From: Nitrospirota bacterium
Lineage (GTDB): Bacteria > Nitrospirota > UBA9217
Length of the DNA stretch: 64,000 nucleotides
Assembly: GCA_963818475.1 (NCBI GenBank)
Contig: CAWFSF010000001.1
Coordinates: 192,001-256,000, forward strand
Direction of reading: 5' to 3'
Shown: positions 30,994 to 40,596 of the stretch, one piece after another
Position numbering within the stretch: the stretch's first letter is position 1
Layout: the number at the start of each line of letters is the position of its first letter
Notes under the pieces: generated by a model
Databases searched by the model: none
Told to the model about the DNA's origin: nothing
What the model saw: only the letters and a program-made list of their open reading frames with translations
Program-made: the position numbers and the translations under genes

Positions 30994-31527
30994 CTATTCT
31001 CCCTCAAACTCCGTCAGACAGAATATTTTATACCCCTTATCCAGCAGTTTTTTCCTGCCGCCCACCTCGGGCAGGTCGACAATGAACGCCATTTCAACCA
31101 CCACACCGCCGATCTTCTCGATAAGCGCGGCTGCTGCCAGCGCCGTGCCTCCCGTGGCGAGCAGGTCATCCACGAGGATCACCCGTTCGCCTTTTTTGAG
31201 CGCGTCTTTGTGGATCTCGATGCGGTCCGTGCCGTACTCAAGCGCGTATTCCTGTGACTCGACCTCGGCGGGAAGCTTGCCCTTCTTGCGGATGGGGATA
31301 AACCCCTTTCCGAGAGCGTAGGACAGCGCGGCGCCGATGATAAAGCCGCGCGACTCGATGCCGACGATCGTATCGAACTGATAGCTCGAATGGATATAGC
31401 GCTGGGTCAGGCTGTCGACGACGAGCCTGAACCCCACGGGGTCCTTGATGAGCGTCGTGATGTCGCGGAACATGATCCCCTTCTTGGGGTAATCCGGTAC
31501 GGTCCTGATCTTTGACTTGATGGGCAT
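30994..31527 (-). CDS. apt: Adenine phosphoribosyltransferase
   Basis: PDYPKKGIMFRDIT, ESRGF, LEYG, VDDLLATGGT. Confidence 0.96.
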   Translation of the reverse strand: MPIKSKIRTVPDYPKKGIMFRDITTLIKDPVGFRLVVDSLTQRYIHSSYQFDTIVGIESRGFIIGAALSYALGKGFIPIRKKGKLPAEVESQEYALEYGTDRIEIHKDALKKGERVILVDDLLATGGTALAAAALIEKIGGVVVEMAFIVDLPEVGGRKKLLDKGYKIFCLTEFEGE

Positions 31528-31584
31528 GGTTCTCTCCTTGGACAATGATGTATTGTAAACGGGAACTACCGAAAGTAATTGCTG

Positions 31585-31676
31585 AACCACGAAGGTCACG
31601 AAGACCGCGAAGAAATTCTCGAAAATAAGTATGCTTCACTATTAAGGCTTACTTCGTGCTTCGTGTTCTTCGTGGT
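31585..31676. repeat. Gene-less (CACGAAG)3 inverted-repeat element
   Basis: aaccacgaaggtcacgaagaccgcgaag ... cttcgtgcttcgtgttcttcgtggt. Confidence 0.85.
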
Positions 31677-31708
31677 AGATTGCCTTTGTAGTGGAGTTGG
31701 ACCTATTT

Positions 31709-32287
31709 TCAGCAGGCATCATCCTCGACACCGCCTTCTCTGTACTGCTCCACACCGATCCGGTAGAGGTCCGCGCCATGCACGTCATTCACCACGATGG
31801 CCGGGAAATCCACTACCTCGAGCCGCATCACCGCCTCGGTCCCGAGCTCGGGGTAGGCGATCACCTCTGCCTTGCGTATCGCCTTCGAGATAAGCGCGCC
31901 TGCGCCGCCGATTGCCGCAAAATAGACAGCATGGTGTTTTACGATCGCGTCCTTCACTGCCTGTCCGCGCGGCCCCTTGCCGATCATGCCCTTGAGCCCC
32001 AGTTCGAGGAGAACTGGCGTGTACTTGTCCATGCGGTAGCTCGTGGTCGGCCCTGCTGAGCCGATAGGCCTTCCCGGAGGGGCGGGAGAGGGACCGGTAT
32101 AGTACAGGATCTGGCCCCTGGGGTCGAACGGCAGCGGCTGGCCCTTCTGGTGCGCCTCGACCATGTACTTGTGCGCCATGTCACGGCCGGTGTAGATCAC
32201 CCCGCTCATGACCACGCGGTCTCCCGCCTTCAATGTTTCGATAACGTCGTCGGTCAGCGGTGGAAACAGCTTGATTGTTTCAGTCAT
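31709..32287 (-). CDS. Fe-S fumarate hydratase (class I) beta subunit
   Basis: GVIYTGRD, GPTTSYRM, MIGKG, LGTEA. Confidence 0.92.
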   Translation of the reverse strand: MTETIKLFPPLTDDVIETLKAGDRVVMSGVIYTGRDMAHKYMVEAHQKGQPLPFDPRGQILYYTGPSPAPPGRPIGSAGPTTSYRMDKYTPVLLELGLKGMIGKGPRGQAVKDAIVKHHAVYFAAIGGAGALISKAIRKAEVIAYPELGTEAVMRLEVVDFPAIVVNDVHGADLYRIGVEQYREGGVEDDAC

Positions 32288-32321
32288 TGAAGCACCCCTA
32301 TCCCTGCCAGGAAACCGCATC

Positions 32322-32788
32322 AACCACGAAGAGCACGAAGCTCACGAAGGAGTTCACAGTACAAACCTCTTGATTCCATTCCTCAGGTATTTCTCGTTGA
32401 AATTGATCAAAAGCCCGATGGGAATATTTGCCAGTTTCATATAGGTAAGGACCTGCGCCTCATGAACCGGATTTAACGAATCAACACTTTTCAATTCAAC
32501 GATGAGCTTGTTGTCGACGAGCAAATCGATCGATAACCGCAAGATATGCGCGTATCCTTATAGACAACCGGCAATTCCGCTTCCAAAATAAACGGGATGC
32601 CTGCGCGACTCAATTCATAAGCGAAACAGTGCTTGTATGCATTTTCAAGCAGGCCGGGACCAAGCACCTTGTGTACTTCAAGGGCATGACCGAGAACCTT
32701 ATGAGATAGTGCATCGAATTCCATCAGCACACCCGATTTATTCCTTCGGAATATGATCTACTTCGTGACCTTCGTGTGCTTCGTGGTT
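32322..32788. mobile_element. Putative insertion element: 28-bp periodic inverted repeats enclosing a GxxExxY gene
   Basis: Arms at 32322-32349 and 32761-32788 (25/28 match as an inverted repeat); splits the fumarase alpha and beta genes. Mobility is inferred. Confidence 0.6.
32354..32724 (-). CDS. GxxExxY protein (PD-(D/E)XK-like nuclease; apparent 1-nt frameshift near 32530)
   Basis: VHKVLGPGLLENAY ... GYR/IDLLVDNKLIVELK ... HEAQVLTY ... GLLINF. Confidence 0.92.
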
Positions 32789-32793
32789 CCCGT

Positions 32794-33633
32794 TTATAAT
32801 ATGATCGTTTTGTGCCGCGCCGCATGGCAGTTGATATTCACCGCCACCGGCAGGCTCGCGATATGACAGGGATAGCTTTCCACATGCACGGCCATTGCCG
32901 TCACCTTGCCGCCCAGGCCTTCGGGGCCGATGCCGGTCTTGTTCACGGCCCTGAGCAGCATCTCCTCGAGGGATGCCAGCTCGAGCTTCGCGTTCGGGCT
33001 GCCGATGGTGCGCAGCAGCGATTTCTTCGCAATGAGCGCCGCCTTCTCGAAATCGCCGCCGATGCCGACGCCGATCACCACCGGCGGGCAGGGATTGGCG
33101 CCTGCACGCTGCACGCACTCGAGCACGAAGTTTTTGATCCCTTCGACGCCCTCGGTGGGGCGCAGCATGCGGATGACGCTCATGTTCTCGCTGCCCGCGC
33201 CTTTGGGCATGAACGAGATCTTGAGCTTGTCGCCGGGGACCAGCTCGGTATACACGATCGCCGGCGTATTGTCGCCGGTGTTCCTGCGCGTGAGCGGATC
33301 GACCACGGACTTCCGGAGATACCCTTCTCTGTATCCTTTGCGCACGCCGTCATTGATGGCGTCGACAATGAACCCGTTCTTGATCCGCAGGTCCTGGCCG
33401 ATCTCGACAAAGAAGATGGCGATGCCCGTGTCCTGGCAGATCGGGATGTGCTCATCCTTCGCGATGCGCGCGTTTTCCTTCAGCAGCCCGATGATCTCCC
33501 TGGCTGCGGGAGACGTCTCGGTCTCGATGGCGCGGTCGAACGCCGTGAGCACATCGTCGCTCAGGTGGTATGCCGCTTCGATACAGATCTGGGCGACCTG
33601 GTCCCGGATCTCCTCTACGTGAATTTCTCGCAT
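32794..33633 (-). CDS. Fe-S fumarate hydratase (class I) alpha subunit
   Basis: [38 protein letters not shown]. Confidence 0.93.
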   Translation of the reverse strand: MREIHVEEIRDQVAQICIEAAYHLSDDVLTAFDRAIETETSPAAREIIGLLKENARIAKDEHIPICQDTGIAIFFVEIGQDLRIKNGFIVDAINDGVRKGYREGYLRKSVVDPLTRRNTGDNTPAIVYTELVPGDKLKISFMPKGAGSENMSVIRMLRPTEGVEGIKNFVLECVQRAGANPCPPVVIGVGIGGDFEKAALIAKKSLLRTIGSPNAKLELASLEEMLLRAVNKTGIGPEGLGGKVTAMAVHVESYPCHIASLPVAVNINCHAARHKTIIL

Positions 33634-34544
33634 GCCGTCCTCACCGCGTCAACGGACTTCATGAATCCCGTTTTCTCATCGGCGTTTAATTTGACCTCGA
33701 TCACCTGCTCCACGCCCTGTGCGCCGAGCTTCACCGGCACGCCGGCAAAGGTCCCGGTCACGCCGTACTCGCCGTTCAGCTGGACGGAACAGGGAAGGAT
33801 CTTTTTCCGGTCCTGCAGCACTGCCTCGACCATCTCGAGCGTCGCGGCCGCCGGCGCGTAGTAGGCGCTCCCGGTCTTGAGCAGCGCAACGATCTCGGCG
33901 CCGCCGTTCCGCGTCCGTTCGACCAGGCGGTTGATCTGGTCCGCGCTCATCAGCTCCGTGATGGGGATGCCGGCCACGGTCGAATACCGCGGCAGCGGCA
34001 CCATGGTGTCGCCATGCCCGCCGAGCACAAAAGCATGCGTGTTCTCCACCGACACGCCGAGTTCCATGGCGATGAACGTTCGGAACCGCGCCGAATCGAG
34101 GACCCCGCCCATGCCGAATACCCGCTCCCGGGGGAAGCCCGTCACCTTCATGGCAACGTGTGCCATCACGTCCATGGGATTCGTGACCACGATCATGACC
34201 GCCTTGGGCGAGCGGCGACCGGTCTCAGCGGCAACTTTTTTGACGATCTCAACGTTGGCGGCAAGGAGGTCGTCGCGGCTCATGCCCGGCTTCCGCGCCA
34301 GTCCGGCCGTAATGACAATGACATCGGAACCGGCGGTCTCATCATAGCCGTTGGATCCCGTGATCTTCCAGTCGTATCCCATGATCGGCCCGGACTCCAT
34401 GAGGTCCAGCGCCTTGCCCTGTGGCACGCCCTCCGCCACGTCGACCATGACCACATCGGCAAGCCGCGCCTCGGCGATCCGCTGCACCAGCGTCGCACCT
34501 ACGTTGCCGGCCCCCACTACCGTTACTTTCTTTCGCACGCACAT
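33615..34544 (-). CDS. mdh: Malate dehydrogenase (LDH-like)
   Basis: [34 protein letters not shown]. Confidence 0.95.
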   Translation of the reverse strand: MCVRKKVTVVGAGNVGATLVQRIAEARLADVVMVDVAEGVPQGKALDLMESGPIMGYDWKITGSNGYDETAGSDVIVITAGLARKPGMSRDDLLAANVEIVKKVAAETGRRSPKAVMIVVTNPMDVMAHVAMKVTGFPRERVFGMGGVLDSARFRTFIAMELGVSVENTHAFVLGGHGDTMVPLPRYSTVAGIPITELMSADQINRLVERTRNGGAEIVALLKTGSAYYAPAAATLEMVEAVLQDRKKILPCSVQLNGEYGVTGTFAGVPVKLGAQGVEQVIEVKLNADEKTGFMKSVDAVRTACEKFT

Positions 34545-34596
34545 ACCTCCATCGAGAATTGTTTCCCAAATCCGGAAAACGGGACTAAAACCTTTT

Positions 34597-34693
34597 TACC
34601 ACGAAGGACACGAAGAGCACGAAGATTTTTATTATTTTTAAATAAAAATGAGTGTTAGCATTAAGCTTCGTGAACTTCGTGCTCTTCGTGGTA
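34597..34693. repeat. Gene-less (CACGAAGNN)3 inverted-repeat element with a 41-nt AT-rich loop
   Basis: taccacgaaggacacgaagagcacgaag ... cttcgtgaacttcgtgctcttcgtggta. Confidence 0.9.
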
Positions 34694-34715
34694 AATTATT
34701 CCTGCCAATTTAAGG

Positions 34716-35993
34716 TTACAGCTTTGTTATTTTCACCTTGCTGATCTTCCTGCCCTCAAGCTCCAGCACCTCCAGCTTGAGGTTCTTATACTTGAGCAGC
34801 TCCCCCACTTTCGGCATTCTGCCGAACAGTCCGAACACGAACCCGCCGAGGGTATTGAAATCAGGGGACTGGAGCGACGTGTCGAGCATTTCGTTCACTT
34901 CATCGAGGGCCGACTGGCCCGACACGACAAAGTTCTTTTCGTCCACGATCTCGACTTCTTTTTCGGCCGATTCCAGCTCATCGTGGATGCTGCCCACGAT
35001 CTCTTCGATCAGGTCCTCAAGCGTCACCAGACCGGCCGTACCGCCGTATTCATCGATCACGATGGCCAGCTGGAACCGCTCGCGCTGCATCTCCGACAGC
35101 AGTTCGCTCACCCGCTTGTTCTCGGGGATGAAGTAGGCGGGCCGGATGAAGTTCTTGATGGTCTCGCTGCGATCGACATCGCCCGCGGCCATGGCGACCA
35201 GGATGTCCTTGATGTAGAGGATGCCGACCACGGTGTCCACCGTGTCCTCGATCACGGGATAGCGGGAATAGCCGTACTCCGAGACAAGGCTGAACACGTC
35301 CTCGAGCACGGCATCGGTCGGCACGCTCACGATCTCGGTCCGGGGACGCATGGCCTCCGCCGCGAGGGTGTCGCCGAACTCGAAGACCTTGTGGAGGAGT
35401 TCCTTTTCTTCTTCGTTCAGCGTCCCGCCCTCTTCGCCGAGGTTGATCATGGCCTTGATGTCTTCTTCGGTGACCACCGCGGTGCAGGTCAGGCCCTGTG
35501 GTCCCGGGCCGGCAAAGGTGTCCGCAGCACCCGCCAGCAGACGCGCCGCAGGAGAGAGCAGCGCCATGACGGTCCCCATGGGACCGGCCACGGCCAGCGC
35601 GACACGGTCGGGATTCCGCGCTGACAAGCCCTTGGGCGCCAGTTTGGCGAAGACCACGACCACGAAGGTCATGGCCACTGCAGTGACCGCCACTGCCGCT
35701 GAAGTATTTTCGAACAGGTGCATGGCAAGCGCGGCGAAGATCGCAACAGCGACGGTGATCGACAGGTTCTCGGCCAGCAGCAGCGTGGCATGCAGACGGT
35801 CACGCTGCTCAAGCAGTTTCAGGACGGCCGCCGCCCGGACATCGCCCGCATCGGCAAGATCGCGCAGATGCGTTTTGTTGGCGAACACGATAGCCGTCTC
35901 CGATACTGCAAAGAACGCGGCGATCAGGATTGCCAGGCATGCCAGCACCAGGTAGATGCCATAGGTCGATAGGAATGTCGTCAGGGTTTCCAT
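34716..35993 (-). CDS. CNNM/DUF21-CBS-CorC (hemolysin-family) transporter
   Basis: AFFAVSETA, CBS pair with YSRYPV and DEYGGTAGLVTLEDLIEEIVG, CorC domain. Confidence 0.92.
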   Translation of the reverse strand: METLTTFLSTYGIYLVLACLAILIAAFFAVSETAIVFANKTHLRDLADAGDVRAAAVLKLLEQRDRLHATLLLAENLSITVAVAIFAALAMHLFENTSAAVAVTAVAMTFVVVVFAKLAPKGLSARNPDRVALAVAGPMGTVMALLSPAARLLAGAADTFAGPGPQGLTCTAVVTEEDIKAMINLGEEGGTLNEEEKELLHKVFEFGDTLAAEAMRPRTEIVSVPTDAVLEDVFSLVSEYGYSRYPVIEDTVDTVVGILYIKDILVAMAAGDVDRSETIKNFIRPAYFIPENKRVSELLSEMQRERFQLAIVIDEYGGTAGLVTLEDLIEEIVGSIHDELESAEKEVEIVDEKNFVVSGQSALDEVNEMLDTSLQSPDFNTLGGFVFGLFGRMPKVGELLKYKNLKLEVLELEGRKISKVKITKL

Positions 35994-36039
35994 GATTGAT
36001 CAGAATGCATAACTCCGTTCAGTGAACGTCAAAATTCTC

Positions 36040-37836
36040 TTACTGCTTCTCCCCCGTTACCCGGATCACTTCGTCAAAGGTGGTCTCGCCCTTCAGCATC
36101 TTGCGGACGGCTGCTTCGCGCAGCACCACCATGCCGTCCGCGATGGCCGCCTTGGCGATCATTTCTGCGTCGGCCTTTTCCCGGAGGACCGCCCGGATCC
36201 GCTCGTTCACTTCCATCACCTCGAAGATGCCGGTCCGGCCCATATATCCCGTGCCTCTGCACTGCACGCAGCCTTCGCCGTACTTGACCGTTATTTTTCT
36301 GTGCTTGTCCCAGGCCAGTCCCACCGCCTCCGCCTCTTCAGGCAGCAGGTCATGGGTCGCTTCGCAGTGTTTGCAGATCTTGCGCACGAGCCGCTGTGCC
36401 ATGACGCCGATGATCGTCGAGGAAAGAAGGTACGACGGGATGCCCAGTTCCATGAGCCGCGTGATGGAGCTCGCGGAATCGTTCGTATGCAGGGTCGAGA
36501 AGACCAGGTGGCCCGTAAGCGCGGCCTGGACCGCATTTTCCGCCGTCTCCAGGTCGCGGATCTCTCCCACCATGATGATGTCCGGGTCCTGGCGCAGGAT
36601 GGTCCTGAGCGTGCTCGCAAAGGTAACGCCGATCTGCGGCTGCACCGCCACCTGGTTGAAGCGGTCATGGACCATTTCGATCGGGTCCTCGATGGTCACG
36701 ACGTTCACTTCGGGCGTGGCCACGGTCTTGAGCGCCGAATAGAGCGTCGTCGTTTTGCCGCTGCCCGTGGGGCCGGTCACCAGGATGATGCCGTAGGGCC
36801 GCGTGATGAACGATCGGAACAGTTCGTATTCCCTCGCATCGAACCCGATCTCCTCCAGGTCCTGCAGCAGGATTTCCGGATCGAAGATCCTGATCACGAC
36901 CTTTTCACCGAAGGCCGTCGGCATGGTCGAGACGCGGAGCTCAACCTCGCGGGACTTGTACTCGGTCTTGATCCGTCCGTCCTGAGGCCGCCGCTTTTCC
37001 GCGATGTCCATGCGGGAAAGCATCTTGATGCGGGATACGAAGGCCGGGTGGACCGCCTTGGGGATCTTGTGGATCGTATGGAGCATGCCGTCGATCCTGA
37101 GCCGCACCTCGCTCGCCTCGCGCTTGGGCTCGATATGGATGTCGCTGGCCCGCTGGTCAAAGGCGGACCGGAACAGGAACTCCACGGCGTTCACGACGTG
37201 TTTGTCCGTGGCCTCGATCTCCGTCACCGACTTCATTTTCACGAATTGTTCGAGGTTGCCGAGGTCGACGTCGGAGGACATTTCCCTGGCCGCGGCGGTG
37301 ACGGAAGAGCGGAACCCGTAGAACTCGGTGATGATCTTGAGAATGTCCGTCTTCGACGCGATGACCCGGCTGACCTTGTAGCCCATCCGTTCGACATTCT
37401 CGATCACTTCGATATTGTAGGGGTCCGCCACGGCGAGGGTGAGTTTGTCGTCCGTGCGCTCGATCGGGACCGAAACGGTGCGCCGCGCAAAAGCGCGGGA
37501 AAGGATCTGCGTTGTCACATCGGGGTTTAGCTTGAGCGGGTCGATCTTCTTGAAGGGGAGGCCGGCGTGTTCCGCGACCGCTGCGGTGATGATGTCCTCG
37601 GTCAGGGGGTGGCCCGGCTCGCCGGGTAATTCGAAATTGAGCGAGGCGGCAACCTCGATGGCCGAAACCTCGTCCTCGAGGTGCATCCGTCCGCGCTGCA
37701 GCGTTTCACCCCGCGCTTTGAGGACTTTCATCCGCTGCACATCCTGCTTGACCTTGATCTCCCGTGCCTGATCGGGCGTGATCTTACCGGTCTTGAGCAG
37801 GATTTCGCAAACGAGGTCTGTAGTGAGTCTGGTCAT
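36040..37836 (-). CDS. GspE/PilB-family secretion ATPase (second paralog)
   Basis: ASDIHIEP, GPTGSGKTTT, LRQDPDIIMVGEIRD. Confidence 0.92.
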   Translation of the reverse strand: MTRLTTDLVCEILLKTGKITPDQAREIKVKQDVQRMKVLKARGETLQRGRMHLEDEVSAIEVAASLNFELPGEPGHPLTEDIITAAVAEHAGLPFKKIDPLKLNPDVTTQILSRAFARRTVSVPIERTDDKLTLAVADPYNIEVIENVERMGYKVSRVIASKTDILKIITEFYGFRSSVTAAAREMSSDVDLGNLEQFVKMKSVTEIEATDKHVVNAVEFLFRSAFDQRASDIHIEPKREASEVRLRIDGMLHTIHKIPKAVHPAFVSRIKMLSRMDIAEKRRPQDGRIKTEYKSREVELRVSTMPTAFGEKVVIRIFDPEILLQDLEEIGFDAREYELFRSFITRPYGIILVTGPTGSGKTTTLYSALKTVATPEVNVVTIEDPIEMVHDRFNQVAVQPQIGVTFASTLRTILRQDPDIIMVGEIRDLETAENAVQAALTGHLVFSTLHTNDSASSITRLMELGIPSYLLSSTIIGVMAQRLVRKICKHCEATHDLLPEEAEAVGLAWDKHRKITVKYGEGCVQCRGTGYMGRTGIFEVMEVNERIRAVLREKADAEMIAKAAIADGMVVLREAAVRKMLKGETTFDEVIRVTGEKQ

Positions 37837-37975
37837 TATTTATAGTTCCCTGGTGACCTATGCGCATTCGGACGACGTCTGTCCGACTGGACAGATTCGT
37901 GTTTCAGTTGTGAGCTGCACGATCATCGCAGGATACTGAACCCGGGTAGTAGGGCTTTTGACTATGAAAGAATCC

Positions 37976-38002
37976 AAATAAAAGGCCCCCTCGAGGGGGG
38001 CC
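37976..38002 (-). terminator. Rho-independent terminator
   Basis: GGCCCCCC-TCGA-GGGGGCC followed by TTTTATTT. Confidence 0.75.
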
Positions 38003-38034
38003 GTGTTAACAGCATGGTCAGCAGATACACGAGC

Positions 38035-38223
38035 TTACTTCTTGGCCGGTTTTTCAGGTACGGGCGCAGGGGCCGGCGCAACCGGCTCCGGTGCAGGCGC
38101 CGGCGCCGGCGCAACTGCAGGCTGCTCTGCCGGTTTCGGAGCTTCCGATTTCTTTTCGCAACCGAAGAATGCGAAAGACAATGCCAGAACAAACGACAGC
38201 ATAATGATGGATATCTTTTTCAT
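38035..38223 (-). CDS. Small Pro/Ala-rich lipoprotein
   Basis: Signal peptide with FFGC lipobox, then (PA)n; GAGGAGG RBS. Confidence 0.8.
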   Translation of the reverse strand: MKKISIIMLSFVLALSFAFFGCEKKSEAPKPAEQPAVAPAPAPAPEPVAPAPAPVPEKPAKK

Positions 38224-38298
38224 GAAGATTCACCTCCTCTCGCGAGCAAGATCATCAAGGCAAGGTACCCATGATAAGGCAGCTGCAACGCCCGGTGC

Positions 38299-38526
38299 TT
38301 ACAGGATCCGTGTTGCCACCGAACGGGTAACCGTCAGCTCTTTCACCTTCTGCCCCAGCTTCTCATCCAAGAGCTGCTGCTGCTCCTCGCTGAGGCGAAG
38401 CCTGAACACTCGCAGCTTGTTCAGCGATCGTTTCGTCAGGTTTATCTCCCGCAGCTCAAAACCGATCTGCTTCTTGATCTCAGCAGATTGTTGAGGTGTC
38501 AATTCAAGGACAACGATTTCATCCAT
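38299..38526 (-). CDS. Hypothetical 75-aa protein with an internal duplication
   Basis: GGAGG RBS; upstream TTGAAT-N17-TATAAT (38551-38579). Confidence 0.65.
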   Translation of the reverse strand: MDEIVVLELTPQQSAEIKKQIGFELREINLTKRSLNKLRVFRLRLSEEQQQLLDEKLGQKVKELTVTRSVATRIL

Positions 38527-38602
38527 TCAATAGCCCCTCCATGTTGTGCAATTATAGGCATTTATCTTGTTGAATTCAAGTTATTTTTAAATAGGTGCAC
38601 AT

Positions 38603-38863
38603 TTATGGTTTCGGGGCCACCACAATTACCTGTTCCACCCAGGTAAATTCAGACTTGAGCCGCTCCTGCAGGCCCCGGACCAGGGCCACACGGGTGACAT
38701 GTCATTGCCAGCAGAACCCTGCCGGAGCGATCCTGACCGTGCCGTTTTCGATGCCGGCGAGTGCAACCTCGCCGCCGCGGTGCGCGTATTGTTTATTCTT
38801 TTCCGCAATGATCGCCCTGATCTGCTCGATGTCGTGGTCCTGGCCGGGCCTCTCATTTCGCAT
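38603..38863 (-). CDS. NifU/Nfu-like domain protein, probable selenoprotein (CxxU, TGA at 38702-38704)
   Basis: HRGGEVALAGIENGTVRIAPAGFCWQ-TGA-HVTRVALVRGLQERLKSEFTWVEQVIVV; GGUC-loop hairpin 20 nt downstream. Confidence 0.75.
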
Positions 38864-38888
38864 TCCGCAATCCGCATTCCGCAATTGT

Positions 38889-40580
38889 TTACCCCTCCAT
38901 CACCAGCTTTTTTATGATCCTCTCGACAGCTTCCTCGACCTTTACTTTCTCAACCACGCCGGTCTTTCGGTCCTTGAGTTCAACAAGACCTTCCTTCAGG
39001 TTCTTTTCGCCGATGATGATCCGGTACGGAATGCCGATAAGGTCGGCGTCCTTGAACTTCACCCCGGCGCGTTCATCGCGGTCATCCATCAGCACCTCAA
39101 AACCCTTTTCCTCCAGCGCGGTGTAGAACTCTTCCGCAACATCCATGGACCTTGCGTCCTTCACGCTCACCGGAACGATGAGGATCTGGTAGGGCGCGAT
39201 CGCAAGCGGCCAGATGATGCCGTTCTCGTCGTTCCCCTGCTCGACGGCCGCGGCTGCAATGCGCGCCGGGCCGATGCCGTAGCTGCCCATGACGATCGGC
39301 TTCTCCGCGCCGTTCTCGTCCAGATAGTTCGCCTTGAGCGGGACCGAATAGCGCGTCCCGAGCTTAAAGATATTGCCGATCTCGATCACTCGTTCGGTCC
39401 GGAGCGTCTTGCCGCACTTCGCGCACCCGTCACCCGCTTTTGCCTCGTGAATGTCAGCGAACTCTGCATCACTGAAGTGCAACGCGGCGGTCACGCCCTT
39501 TACGTGGAACCCTTCCTTGTTCGCTCCGGCAATGAACACGCCCTGTTTGAGCGTGGGGTCGGCGATCTTCCTGACCTTGTGGCCCATGGGTCCGATGAAC
39601 CCGGCAGGTATGCCAAGCGCAGCCTTTACCTCGTCCTTTAGCGCGGGACGGTGGGAGCCGATAAGCTTTGCCAGCTTCTTTTCATGAACGGCCTGGTCGC
39701 CGCGCACCAGCGCGAGCACCGGCCCCGTGTCGGTCATCACGAGGATCGACTTGAGCAATGCATCGGGCGTCACCTTCAGAAAGCGCGTCACCTCGTCGAT
39801 GGTCCTGCGTTCGGGGGTGGCGACCTCCTCGAAAGCCGCTTCCGTGGATTTTGATGCAGGCGGCATTGATTCGGCAAGCTCCACATTCGCGGCATACCCG
39901 CAGGAATCGCACAAGGCGACCACGTCCTCGCCTGCTGCTGAAGGCGCCATGAACTCGTGGGCGCCCGTGCCGCCCATCATGCCCATGTCGCTCTGCACCA
40001 CATAGAACTTGATGCCGCACCGGGAGTAGATCTTCCGGTACGCTTCGAGATGGGTATCATAGGATTTGTCCAGGCCCGCCTCGTCTCGATCGAAACTGTA
40101 GGAGTCCTTCATGACGAACTCGCGGGTGCGCAGGATGCCGCTCTTGGGTCGCGCCTCATCGCGGAGCTTGGTCTGGAGCTGATACCAGATCTGCGGAAGG
40201 TCCCGGTAGGACCGCAGGTCGTGCGCAGCAAGCCAGGTCATGACCTCCTCGTGCGTCATGGCAAGGCACATGTCGCGTCCGCCGCGGTCCTTCAAACGGA
40301 ACATCTCGTCGCCGATCGATTCCCAGCGGCCTGTCTGCTGCCATACTTCGGCAGGGTGCAGCACCGGCATGGTCACTTCCTGCCCGCCGATGGCGTTCAT
40401 TTCCTCGCGCATGATCCGGTCGATCTTGTCCATCACGCGCTGGCCCAGCGGCAGGTAGATATAGAGCCCGGCCGCAAGCTGGCGCACGAAACCGCCGCGC
40501 ACCATGAGCTTGTGCGAGATTGCTTCGGCCTCGGCAGGCGCATCTTTTAACGTTGGGATGAAAAGACGGGAATAACGCAT
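38889..40580 (-). CDS. proS: Proline--tRNA ligase
   Basis: SYRDLPQIWYQ, RDEARP, REFVMKDSYSF, YGIGPAR, INS editing domain. Confidence 0.97.
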   Translation of the reverse strand: MRYSRLFIPTLKDAPAEAEAISHKLMVRGGFVRQLAAGLYIYLPLGQRVMDKIDRIMREEMNAIGGQEVTMPVLHPAEVWQQTGRWESIGDEMFRLKDRGGRDMCLAMTHEEVMTWLAAHDLRSYRDLPQIWYQLQTKLRDEARPKSGILRTREFVMKDSYSFDRDEAGLDKSYDTHLEAYRKIYSRCGIKFYVVQSDMGMMGGTGAHEFMAPSAAGEDVVALCDSCGYAANVELAESMPPASKSTEAAFEEVATPERRTIDEVTRFLKVTPDALLKSILVMTDTGPVLALVRGDQAVHEKKLAKLIGSHRPALKDEVKAALGIPAGFIGPMGHKVRKIADPTLKQGVFIAGANKEGFHVKGVTAALHFSDAEFADIHEAKAGDGCAKCGKTLRTERVIEIGNIFKLGTRYSVPLKANYLDENGAEKPIVMGSYGIGPARIAAAAVEQGNDENGIIWPLAIAPYQILIVPVSVKDARSMDVAEEFYTALEEKGFEVLMDDRDERAGVKFKDADLIGIPYRIIIGEKNLKEGLVELKDRKTGVVEKVKVEEAVERIIKKLVMEG

Positions 40581-40596
40581 GGAACCTCCGTTTAAT

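Noticed and set aside
31585-34693. CACGAAG repeats as a CRISPR array
   Set aside because: The units are 7-9 nt in inverted arms, with no ~30-nt direct repeats separated by unique spacers and no cas genes.
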